Positions 1 through 7,561 of a stretch of DNA of 56,021 nucleotides are shown piece by piece (positions within the stretch are counted from its first letter, which is position 1; every line of letters begins with the position of its first letter). The stretch lies in IMG/VR virus record IMGVR_UViG_3300050821_004776; one strand, 5' to 3'. The position numbers and the translations under genes were made by a program. The stretch is from an uncultured virus (IMG/VR IMGVR_UViG_3300050821_004776) (lineage: Duplodnaviria; Heunggongvirae; Uroviricota; Caudoviricetes). The notes under the pieces were generated by a model. It searched no databases. It had not been told where the DNA came from and saw nothing but the letters and a program-made list of their open reading frames with translations.

Positions 1-12
1 GTCATTGGATTA

Positions 13-68
13 CCTCTCGTTTTGTGCCGCTGTTGGCGGGGGCAGTCCAGACTTACTCCCGATGGGCG
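13..68 (-). repeat. Intergenic start-associated repeat, copy 1 (variant A)
   Basis: CCTCTCG (GAGAGG RBS on minus strand) plus 45-bp core GTGCCGCTGTTGGCGGGGGCAGTCCAGACTTACTCCCGATGGGCG at 24-68; precedes an ATG at 5 that runs off the window. Confidence 0.95.
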
Positions 69-72
69 GTGG

Positions 73-246
73 CTAGCAGTGTGCTGCTGTGTACAGGTAG
101 ACCTGACCGTTGTCAGAGTAAGCGCATACTTGGATTTGTGCCGTGCGCGATGCCGGGCGGGGCATTGTGCGGCCTGTTAGCAACCCTGCCGCAAACATGA
201 GAAGAAACAGGCCGGCTAGCAGAGAGAGAAACATGATGCGGCTCAT
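73..246 (-). CDS. Small secreted or membrane protein (57 aa)
   Basis: Hand-translated MSRIMFLSLLAGLFLLMFAAGLLTG...; hydrophobic N-terminus; fills the gap between the 252 gene and repeat 1. Confidence 0.7.
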   Translation of the reverse strand: MSRIMFLSLLAGLFLLMFAAGLLTGRTMPRPASRTAQIQVCAYSDNGQVYLYTAAHC

Positions 247-251
247 GGCGG

Positions 252-527
252 TTACTTGCTAAGGGGAAGGTTCAGCCAGATTCCGGCGCGTTCCGCCATG
301 TCTCGCCGCGCGCGGTCAAACGCGCAATCGTCCGTGTCGGCGCGGAAGACAGGGAAGTAGCGGCCTGAATAGTAGGACGCATAGCGGTCATGGGCGTGCG
401 TTCGCCACGTGACGCAATTACCGGCAGGGTCCATTCCCATGACGACGTATTCGCCTACCGATACGGGGGTAGCCGCGATAATCTGATATCCGGCATTGTA
501 GGTATCGAGCTTGGGAGTGATCAGCAT
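252..527 (-). CDS. Hypothetical protein
   Basis: ORF track; GAGAGG RBS supplied by repeat 2. Confidence 0.85.
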   Translation of the reverse strand: MLITPKLDTYNAGYQIIAATPVSVGEYVVMGMDPAGNCVTWRTHAHDRYASYYSGRYFPVFRADTDDCAFDRARRDMAERAGIWLNLPLSK

Positions 528-535
528 TTCTGTAA

Positions 536-593
536 CCTCTCGTTTGGTGTGCCGCTGTTGGCGTTGGCAGTCTGGGCTTACCAGCGATGGGCG
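536..593 (-). repeat. Intergenic start-associated repeat, copy 2 (variant B)
   Basis: Core GTGCCGCTGTTGGCGTTGGCAGTCTGGGCTTACCAGCGATGGGCG at 549-593. Confidence 0.95.
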
Positions 594-597
594 GTGA

Positions 598-879
598 TCA
601 AGACGCGTTCGCGTGCAGTGCGTAGCTGTAAGCCGTTACGGCTTCGGCCATACGATCGGGCGCTAGCCGCGCTAGTTCCGCGAGGATACCAGCGGCACGC
701 GCTTCAATCTTTTTCGCCTCATTGGTCGCCGTCACCCAGTCTGCGGGAAGGTCGGCATCGGACGTACACGCCGCGCGCTTTGCGGCGTTGCGCCACGTTG
801 CCACGTGATAGCCATCCTCCTTTAGCGCGTGAATGGCCGCTTGGATCATGTCCGGCGTGAGCGGTATTCCGGTTTTCAT
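598..879 (-). CDS. Hypothetical protein
   Basis: ORF track; GGAG RBS, 4-bp overlap with upstream gene, stops just before repeat 2. Confidence 0.85.
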   Translation of the reverse strand: MKTGIPLTPDMIQAAIHALKEDGYHVATWRNAAKRAACTSDADLPADWVTATNEAKKIEARAAGILAELARLAPDRMAEAVTAYSYALHANAS

Positions 880-1112
880 GAGCGTGATTCTCCCGTATAT
901 TCCAGCAGGTGAGTAAGGCAGAGAAGGTAAGCCGCGTCGTCGGTATCCTCCGGTATGACATCACTGTCTGGGTCCAGGCACCACGGGCAATCCTCCCCGG
1001 CGGGGTTCTCGCCGCGCGTGGGGTCGTAAGGCACGGTCACGATATCGTCGCCGGTATCGGCTTGATAGCGCGCGTAACTGGCGTCGTCATACCACGCGTC
1101 CGTTCCTGGCAT
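876..1112 (-). CDS. Hypothetical protein with CPWC...CLTH possible Zn site
   Basis: ORF 876-1226 re-started at MPGTDAW (1112), directly after the 1117-1269 ORF. Confidence 0.7.
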   Translation of the reverse strand: MPGTDAWYDDASYARYQADTGDDIVTVPYDPTRGENPAGEDCPWCLDPDSDVIPEDTDDAAYLLCLTHLLEYTGESRS

Positions 1113-1116
1113 GTCG

Positions 1117-1269
1117 CTACTTCCCGCTCTCTTGCGGCGTGGCCTTGCGGACCATACGTCGGGTGGCGCGCTTGCGGACGGACCGCGCGCGGGGGTCTGG
1201 GTAGTCGTCATCGCGTTGCATCGCACGGTACAGCGCCGTGCGGCTGAATCGCGTAACCGGGGCAGTCAT
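1117..1269 (-). CDS. Small basic protein (50 aa)
   Basis: Hand-translated MTAPVTRFSRTALYRAMQRDDDYPDPRARSVRKR...; GGGAG RBS; tiles the gap. Confidence 0.65.
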   Translation of the reverse strand: MTAPVTRFSRTALYRAMQRDDDYPDPRARSVRKRATRRMVRKATPQESGK

Positions 1270-1284
1270 GGCGTCTAGTCTCCC

Positions 1285-1500
1285 TTACCTGACCGTAGGC
1301 ACGTAGCCTTGTGCGGCTAGTTCCGCACGCGTGAGCGGACCGGAGTAGCCGCGCCGGCGCGCGTTACGCTTGCGCGCTTCCATAGCCTTACGTTCGCTCT
1401 CTGCCCGTTCCGCTTGCTTGCGGGCATTGAGTTTGCCGATAACCGCTACGGGGTTATCGCGCGATACGAATTTGCCGTTGCCGGCCCGGTAGGCAGTCAT
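1285..1500 (-). CDS. Small basic hypothetical protein
   Basis: ORF track; RBS from repeat 3. Confidence 0.85.
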   Translation of the reverse strand: MTAYRAGNGKFVSRDNPVAVIGKLNARKQAERAESERKAMEARKRNARRRGYSGPLTRAELAAQGYVPTVR

Positions 1501-1507
1501 TGTGAAT

Positions 1508-1563
1508 CCTCTCGATTGGTGCCGCTGTTGGCGGGGGCAGTCCAGACTTACTCCCGATGGGCG
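1508..1563 (-). repeat. Intergenic start-associated repeat, copy 3 (variant A)
   Basis: Core 1519-1563 identical to copy 1. Confidence 0.95.
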
Positions 1564-1566
1564 ACC

Positions 1567-1764
1567 CTATTTGGCGTCTTTGTCCGCCCAGAGGCGGGTG
1601 ATCTCGGCAACGGTAGCCGCGTCTAGGGTGATGATAGCCTTTCGGCCTTTGACGCTAGCCGGACCGTCCGTGACCGTCGCCGCTACCATGACGCCTAGTT
1701 CGCCGGCGGTGGCGACGTGTGATCTCTCGGCATTGGCTACCCATATCATTCTGCTTACCGGCAT
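1567..1764 (-). CDS. Hypothetical protein
   Basis: ORF track; GAGGAG RBS; stops at repeat 3. Confidence 0.85.
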   Translation of the reverse strand: MPVSRMIWVANAERSHVATAGELGVMVAATVTDGPASVKGRKAIITLDAATVAEITRLWADKDAK

Positions 1765-1776
1765 GGCCGTGTCTCC

Positions 1777-2064
1777 TCAGATCAGGTTGCGGATGACGTT
1801 GTACAGGAACTGGTCACAGAACGGGAAAGGCGGGTTGACGAAATACGCCGTTACCTCGTATTCCACGTTCGGTGCGTTGGGCACGGTGTAACGCGCGGGA
1901 GTGTGCGTCTTTTCGCCGATAAGCGCGGCGTTCATTATGTCTATGACTTCATCGATTGTGAGTTTGAAGTCCGTCAGCCCGTGCGTCTGTGACAGCAGTT
2001 CAGTGCACGCGTCATTTAGGTTGACGCCCGCCGCTAGCACTTCGGTTGATCGGTAGATGCTCAT
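1777..2064 (-). CDS. Hypothetical protein
   Basis: ORF track; RBS from repeat 4. Confidence 0.85.
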   Translation of the reverse strand: MSIYRSTEVLAAGVNLNDACTELLSQTHGLTDFKLTIDEVIDIMNAALIGEKTHTPARYTVPNAPNVEYEVTAYFVNPPFPFCDQFLYNVIRNLI

Positions 2065-2073
2065 TTTGGATTA

Positions 2074-2128
2074 CCTCTCGTTTGTGCCGCTGTTGGCGTT
2101 GGCAGTCTGGGCTTACCAGCGATAGGCA
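2074..2128 (-). repeat. Intergenic start-associated repeat, copy 4 (variant B)
   Basis: Core 2084-2128; two differences from copy 2 at the distal end. Confidence 0.95.
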
Positions 2129-2138
2129 GACACTCGCT

Positions 2139-2411
2139 CTAGGCGACGGTAACGACCGTAAGGTCAAAGACGTTGGCGTAGTATTCTTGCGTGTATTCGG
2201 ACGGTTTGCCGTCATCCCATGTGACGCACACCCTTGCAGTGCCGTTGTACTCCGGTCCGCGCGTCACCAGGTCAAAGGTCGCGACGTCGCCGCGAAAGTC
2301 CGTGACAGTGCTTCCCCGCGTGATGACGTTGCCGTCCGCGTCCGTGACGCGGTATTCCGGCCGTCTCGGCATGGGCGTGGTAAGTCTCACTATGCGCGCG
2401 TTCCTGGTCAT
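2139..2411 (-). CDS. Hypothetical protein
   Basis: ORF track; RBS from repeat 5. Confidence 0.85.
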   Translation of the reverse strand: MTRNARIVRLTTPMPRRPEYRVTDADGNVITRGSTVTDFRGDVATFDLVTRGPEYNGTARVCVTWDDGKPSEYTQEYYANVFDLTVVTVA

Positions 2412-2419
2412 TCGCGAAT

Positions 2420-2474
2420 CCTCTCGTTTGTGCCGCTGTTGGCGTTGGCAGTCTGGGCTTACCAGCGATGGGCG
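2420..2474 (-). repeat. Intergenic start-associated repeat, copy 5 (variant B)
   Basis: Core 2430-2474 identical to copy 2. Confidence 0.95.
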
Positions 2475-2480
2475 GACACG

Positions 2481-2729
2481 TCACCAAATGGTGGCTATGG
2501 TGGTGATCCCCCAAAGCGTGGGCCGGCGACTGGCGACGGACCGCGCGGTTACGTGGATCACGTATGTGGTGTCGCTATCCACTGTGCAGACAGCGGAATC
2601 CCGCACCGTGAACGCGTCTATGAGCACTTGGACGCCACCAGGTGGCGTGTCCGGGAACACCCGCCCGATGAACGTGCGGAACTGCCGGCGCGTCATCTCG
2701 GCAGGGTCAGAGAAAGCGGTAATGGGCAT
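2481..2729 (-). CDS. Hypothetical protein
   Basis: ORF 2481-2777 re-started at MPITAF, after the stop of the upstream gene. Confidence 0.75.
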   Translation of the reverse strand: MPITAFSDPAEMTRRQFRTFIGRVFPDTPPGGVQVLIDAFTVRDSAVCTVDSDTTYVIHVTARSVASRRPTLWGITTIATIW

Positions 2730-2734
2730 GGGAT

Positions 2735-2932
2735 TTAGCCTTCCCGTTGGATGTAGTGAAGCCACGCGGCACCCCAACCCGCGTGAACGCGCGTTCCGCC
2801 ACTGTGAACAGCGAACACGTTAATGGTGTCCGTATAGGTGGTTTTGGTTTCCGTGACCGTCGCGCCGGCGAGACGTCCGTCTAGGAATTTGTCGCCGGCT
2901 TGCAACCGTGACGTGTAAACAGCGATTTTCAC
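2735..2932 (-). CDS. Hypothetical protein
   Basis: ORF track; GTGA overlap with upstream gene. Confidence 0.75.
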   Translation of the reverse strand: MKIAVYTSRLQAGDKFLDGRLAGATVTETKTTYTDTINVFAVHSGGTRVHAGWGAAWLHYIQREG

Positions 2933-3180
2933 TGCCCTATGCCTTCCCTCATGCGGTAGTACATTGACGGACCGCCATGCTTGCGATTCGCCATTGTGTT
3001 AAGCGACGGATATTCCGCGCGCTTGCGCGTGTCCGAAGCTATTCCGGACAGAGTGTCATCCGCTGCACCGTAACGGGCACGTTCGGTTGACTTGCGCGCT
3101 TGGGTAACGCGCGCTTGCGCCGTGAAATGCGCGGTAGCCGCTATCCGGCTACCGCGCGTCTTCCCGCGAGTGGACCGCAT
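2929..3180 (-). CDS. Basic hypothetical protein
   Basis: ORF 2929-3201 re-started at MRSTRGK. Confidence 0.7.
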   Translation of the reverse strand: MRSTRGKTRGSRIAATAHFTAQARVTQARKSTERARYGAADDTLSGIASDTRKRAEYPSLNTMANRKHGGPSMYYRMREGIGQ

Positions 3181-3182
3181 GA

Positions 3183-3308
3183 CTACGGACGCCATGCCCA
3201 CAGAGACGTGCGCGGGTACGTCGGGGCCAGATACGGCATATTCGGAAGCAACTCATCTATTGCTTCCATTTCTGGCCAGGGATTAGCTAGCGACGGAAAC
3301 TGACTCAT
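3183..3308 (-). CDS. Small protein (41 aa), first gene of the leftward operon
   Basis: Strong GGAGGT RBS; MSQFPSLANPWPEMEAIDELL... Confidence 0.6.
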   Translation of the reverse strand: MSQFPSLANPWPEMEAIDELLPNMPYLAPTYPRTSLWAWRP

Positions 3309-3326
3309 TTGATACCTCCGTTTACA

Positions 3327-3667
3327 GGCTACGGCTTACGCGTTATCGCGGTAGCACCGTAGCCAGTCTGCAAGGGCCGGAATTGAGGCTTATGAGGAGA
3401 GATAGCGCGGGGCATAGCGCAACGGAGCGTTACCCGTGGCTTATATCACTCATGCGACGTTCAATCCCGGCCCTTAGGGGATTCGGTGGGGTCTAAACCC
3501 ATTGCCTGTGTCCGTAGTCCGGACGGGCGATTAGGTGGTTACCGTAAGCGCTAGGCGCACGTGCTGTTGTTGTATACCTAACTGAATAGGTTTCCAAGCA
3601 CGTCAAGCGCGGAAAGTGACCGGTTAAATCGTCCGTCCGAATGTCACACGTCTATTGCCGAATCCTT
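3327..3667 (+). ncRNA. Putative structured RNA or ssDNA domain 1
   Basis: Helices 3327-34/3357-64, 3372-86/3461-75, 3479-86/3658-65, 3520-32/3627-39, 3559-65/3597-3603; wobbles mostly G.T on the plus strand; no ORF. Confidence 0.5.
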
Positions 3668-3815
3668 AAAGCAAAATGACTGTTTCAGTTAACGTCCGAA
3701 ACTTTCAAAAGTGACGATTTGAATTGGCTATTTCAGTGAAACATCTTCTGACTACCGGGTTGCCAGTCCGGTAATTACTCTGGCCTGTTATACGGCGTGT
3801 AGCCGTATCGAGATA

Positions 3816-3922
3816 CGTACACAACTCCGATTGATCGCTATTCGCGTCCACAACTCGGATTGATCGTTACCGCGTACACAACTCGGATTGATCGCTTTCG
3901 CGTACACAACTCCGATTGATCG
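3816..3922. repeat. 4 x 22-bp direct repeat, period 28-29 (iteron- or operator-like)
   Basis: CGT(A/C)CACAACTC(C/G)GATTGATCG at 3816, 3845, 3873, 3901. Confidence 0.95.
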
Positions 3923-3933
3923 TCGGCTTATCT

Positions 3934-4315
3934 CTAGGGTCCAAAGGTCAGTGTGTCCGACTCCTGAAACAGAGGCGACTCATTACGAGGTTAGTCGCGT
4001 ACCCCATGATGGTGTGTGCAGTATCGCCGGCAGTAGCTATACACTCTCACGTTACCCGCACTAACCGCTTTCCCTAGGTGGGTGGCAACTGGAATAAACC
4101 TGCCTATTTGAACACCTAGGTAATCGCGGTAGCTATACGCGGATGATAATCAGTCGGTCAAAGTATGCGCCTAGGCGCGGTCCGTACAGATTATCGCTGT
4201 AACGCTACCCTTCGCTACGCGTTGCCTTACATCATGCACGCGCAATCATGTCAATGTAATGCACTAGCGGCGATACGCGGTTGAGGCGATTAAGGTTCAG
4301 ACCGGTAGACCCTAG
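3934..4315 (+). ncRNA. Putative structured RNA or ssDNA domain 2
   Basis: Closed by CTAGGGTC 3934-41/GACCCTAG 4308-15; inner helices 4021-29/4268-76 and 4073-80/4113-20. Confidence 0.45.
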
Positions 4316-4737
4316 GACCTACCCATTCCCCATCTTGCGTAACGAGACGCTAGCGGCTAAACCGCAAGCATTGCCGACCACACCTAGCACAAGACACGCG
4401 CATCGGTTGCGACATGCCAGGCGACGTTCCGCCCGGCGGCCGGTCGGGTAATTGAAGTTGTAAGGCCAACCGTACACCAGGTGCACCATGTTGGATGTAA
4501 CGAGTTGATAACGACCGTTGACACTGTGTCTGACCTGCGAAAATGCGGCCGTTCGGTAGCTGACCAGGTGATTTGGTGTGTAGCGAGGTAACGCCCAACG
4601 CCGTCTGTACGGTCCGGAGCGCCACGCTGCGGACCGTACTCGGGAGAGATCGGGCACGGACACGCGCGCGGTATTGAGCCGCTTAGAATCGTTCTCTAAA
4701 TTACTAGCCGGTAGGCAAGTTACCGTTCCGTGACATA

Positions 4738-4812
4738 GGGCCACCAGGCCACCAGGTCGGGGCCACCAGGTCGGGGCCACCAGGTCGGGGCCACCAGGCC
4801 ACCAGGTCGGGG
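4738..4812. repeat. Tandem 14-bp repeat CCACCAGGTCGGGG with partial units
   Basis: About 4 full and 2 truncated units, read directly. Confidence 0.9.
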
Positions 4813-4821
4813 TACGCAAAA

Positions 4822-4857
4822 GCGCCGGCCCTTGGGATCGATCCCAAGGGCCGGCGC
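4822..4857. repeat. 36-bp perfect palindrome (possible minus-strand terminator)
   Basis: GCGCCGGCCCTTGGGATC/GATCCCAAGGGCCGGCGC, preceded by AAAA. Confidence 0.9.
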
Positions 4858-5524
4858 GGGCGGTGGCTAGCGCGCGTCTGCGCGTGCTGTAAACCCGTAG
4901 TTGTCCAGACCGTCACGTTCGGGCGGGTAGACGTCCAATTCGTATCCACGGTCTAGCAGGTCATTCGCGCGCGTGAGTGCGACTGAGAAGTCGGCATCGC
5001 TGAAAACGATCACCTTGTGGCCTAGAATCGACATGATCTTGAATCCTTCCGTATCGGTGCGCGGGTTGTGCTGGCACCGATCCTAGTCGGCGCGCCAAAT
5101 CCGGTCTACATTACTGGCAAGTTACCCGCATAATTCGCATTTGTCCGGTTTGCCCGGGTTTGCGGGGATATATGGTATCCGGCTGCTGACGTTTTCGCAG
5201 GTCAGCACCCAATACCCTCTGTACGGTCCGGAGAGCGATTCTCAGGCACTCAACCCGGTTCTGGGTAGCGGATGACCCTATCGGCATTCTGTCAATTTCG
5301 TAGCATTTGTCCGGTTTGTGTATTCGCGCAGGTCACAGGGCTGAACCTACAGGCATGTACTAGCATGTACAGGTATAGTGTAAGGGGCTTCGCTAGATTG
5401 TTCTAATCGTACGGTTGACCAGCGGATACGCGGTATGTAGGTAATGCCGACCGTATAGGTGTGGTTTGCTTGCAATACGGACATTCCGGACATCGGCCAT
5501 ATTCGTTACTTAGGCTAACTAACT

Positions 5525-5656
5525 ACTATGGTTAGCTAGGCTAACGACTATGGTTAGCTAGGCTAACGACTATGGTTAGCTAGGCTAACTACTATGGTTA
5601 GCTAGGCTAACTACTATGGTTAGCTAGGCTAACTACTATGGTTAGCTAGGCTAACT
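5525..5656. repeat. 6 x 22-bp tandem repeat with internal palindrome
   Basis: ACTATGGTTAGCTAGGCTAAC(G/T); contains GTTAGC-TAG-GCTAAC. Confidence 0.95.
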
Positions 5657-5808
5657 ACTGACGGTCGTATGGTCTAGACCACTACTGCGGACATACCTCG
5701 CATACCAGCACATATCAGGACATACCGGACACGCGGACCGCCGACCTGCGCAGTGTCACGCTATATGCTGACATAGTGTGGAATGTCCGTTATGTCATGA
5801 CATTGTGC

Positions 5809-5864
5809 GACATTCCCACCATGGCATGACATTCCCACCATGGCATGACATTCCCACCATGGCA
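5809..5864. repeat. 3 x 19-bp tandem repeat
   Basis: GACATTCCCACCATGGCAT at 5809, 5828, 5847. Confidence 0.95.
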
Positions 5865-5939
5865 CGCTATGTACCATTAAAGGATGGTATAATACGATAT
5901 GTCCGATATTTACCATTAAAGCACCATTAAAGACGATTT

Positions 5940-6090
5940 ATCGTACTATGTCATAATTTAGGGTGATTTTTTATGACATTCCCACGCAGGACGTCCTGCT
6001 GACTCAATTCCCTCCCCGGGTCGGATTACCCAAGAGACGAACGCGTGTTCGAGTCTCGAAAAGCGCCGCTGACCTGCGAAAACGTCTGTT
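5940..6090. other. Probable genome terminus or cos region
   Basis: Boundary between the AT-richer repeat zone and the rightward HNH/terminase arm; GGGGTGATTTTTT...TTCCCTCCCCG resembles siphovirus left ends (inference). Confidence 0.35.
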
Positions 6091-6161
6091 ACGCGAGTTC
6101 ACGTCTCGACAATTCACGACGAGTTCGCGATCGGGGGGAGAAATCGGCTACTGTTTGCGCC

Positions 6162-6959
6162 ATGCCCAGTAAACCCAATACGCCTTGCTTCGCTTGCGGC
6201 CGGCTGCTCTGGATCACGGCGACTTCACGCGCCAAACCGATCTGTCAGCCGTGCCGCCGTAAGATGGGATACAGGCCCTGCGCTCAGTGCGGGAACCTGT
6301 TTAAGCCGCAGAAGCGGAAGGGCAAGTTCTGCTCGCGTAAATGCTTTAACGAATCGCGCCCGCAGCGCGTTGATCCGCGAGAAGCCCGTAAAGCTTCGTC
6401 CCGTGCACGTAAGCTTGCCAAGCAGAAGACGTGGGACGGCATCCCCGATCGCGAGATTTTCGAGCGCGCGGCCTGGGCTTGCCAGCTCGGGCCGTGGTGT
6501 AAGACCCCTGATCGCCCTATTTCCGCTGACGCGCCGTGGAACACCCCGCTCGCGCCTGAAATCGACCACATTATCCCGCTCAGTTACGGCGGCCTGGATG
6601 CCGAGGGCAATAAGCGGGCTGCTCACCGCGCCTGCAACCAGAGCCGGAACAATCGCATGACAGATGGCGAGAAACTGTTCATGCGCGAGCATCCCGAGCT
6701 GCTGCTGGCGAAAGCGCGGCTGGCGCTGCTGCCCCCGCGCAAGAAACGGGAGCCTAAGCCTCCGAAACCGCCGAAACCAGTCCGGGTCTGCTGTTGTGAG
6801 GGCTGTGACGCGGTCTGCCAGCGACGCGTATGCCCTGATTGCGCTGTGACAGTTAACCGGCATCGCGCGCAGCAGTATTATTACCTCAAGCGGGGCTTGA
6901 CTCCGCCGGACCCGTGGTGGGCGGCTTCAGGGCTCACGGAGCATCAAGCGCATTCTTAG
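6162..6959 (+). CDS. HNH endonuclease with multiple CxxC Zn motifs
   Basis: EIDHIIPLSYGG...NKRAAHRACNQSR; start moved to ATG 6162 after a TACTGT -10 box. Confidence 0.9.
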   Translation: MPSKPNTPCFACGRLLWITATSRAKPICQPCRRKMGYRPCAQCGNLFKPQKRKGKFCSRKCFNESRPQRVDPREARKASSRARKLAKQKTWDGIPDREIFERAAWACQLGPWCKTPDRPISADAPWNTPLAPEIDHIIPLSYGGLDAEGNKRAAHRACNQSRNNRMTDGEKLFMREHPELLLAKARLALLPPRKKREPKPPKPPKPVRVCCCEGCDAVCQRRVCPDCAVTVNRHRAQQYYYLKRGLTPPDPWWAASGLTEHQAHS

Positions 6960-7112
6960 AGTTTTACACGGTATGCGGCGCTTTTCGCCGGTTTAGCGCG
7001 GTTTACGCGATTTTGCGGAAGATGCGCTCAGCCTGGGTATCGAAGGTGTACTTCCCCTGAACTGCGCCCCAAGACCGGCTGTCAGTGTAAACCCGCCCGC
7101 TAGAATCGGGCC

Positions 7113-7538
7113 ATGGGAGAGTGTGCGGAGGACGGCTGCCCGGAGTTCCGGTTCGATCAGGACGCGGCGCTGCGCGAAGGCTGGCAACAGGTCGGTGACC
7201 AGGTGTTCTGCCCCTGTCACGGCCCGATCAGGGCGATGCAGGCCCGCCGGAAGGCCCGTTTTGCCGAGTTCCGGCGCAAAATCGAGGCAAACCGGGCTGA
7301 GCTGGGCAAAGAAGACGCGCGGGGCCTCGAAGCGTTCGAGATCCTGCTCGACGCACGCGAAACCTGCGGGCCTCGTGATGAGGGGATGCGCCTGGAGCTA
7401 TCGCGGCAGATCGCGCGCATCCGGCAGGGTTTCCGCAGCTCGAAGGCCGGCCGGCTCGCTGACGAGCGCATGCGGGAGCTGGAATTCGCCCGGAAGCGCG
7501 CTGCCGCCCGGGAAAAGCACGCGCGCGGTATCCTTTAA
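7113..7538 (+). CDS. Hypothetical protein
   Basis: ORF track; TAGAAT-N6-ATG. Confidence 0.8.
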   Translation: MGECAEDGCPEFRFDQDAALREGWQQVGDQVFCPCHGPIRAMQARRKARFAEFRRKIEANRAELGKEDARGLEAFEILLDARETCGPRDEGMRLELSRQIARIRQGFRSSKAGRLADERMRELEFARKRAAAREKHARGIL

Positions 7539-7561
7539 CCGCCCCGATCCCTGGAGGTTCC

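Noticed and set aside
13..2474. True integron attC array
   Set aside because: No GTTRRRY/RYYYAAC core sites recognised and no integrase in the window; kept only as an analogy
390..3303. Plus-strand ORFs over the left arm
   Set aside because: Shadows of the tightly tiled, RBS-supported minus-strand genes; they run through the repeats
3816..3922. CRISPR mini-array
   Set aside because: Linkers are only 6-7 nt and similar to each other; no cas genes
4225..4254. Minus-strand sigma70 promoter with TTGACA at 4254-4249
   Set aside because: No TANNNT box at 16-18 bp spacing
3327..4315. Group I/II intron, tmRNA or RNase P
   Set aside because: No catalytic-core, tRNA-like end or P4 signature recognised by eye; needs a covariance-model search
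4319..4949. Minus-strand ORFs in the non-coding zone
   Set aside because: No RBS, translate tandem repeats, no protein-like features
5525..5864. CRISPR or guide-RNA array
   Set aside because: Head-to-tail near-identical units with no unique spacers
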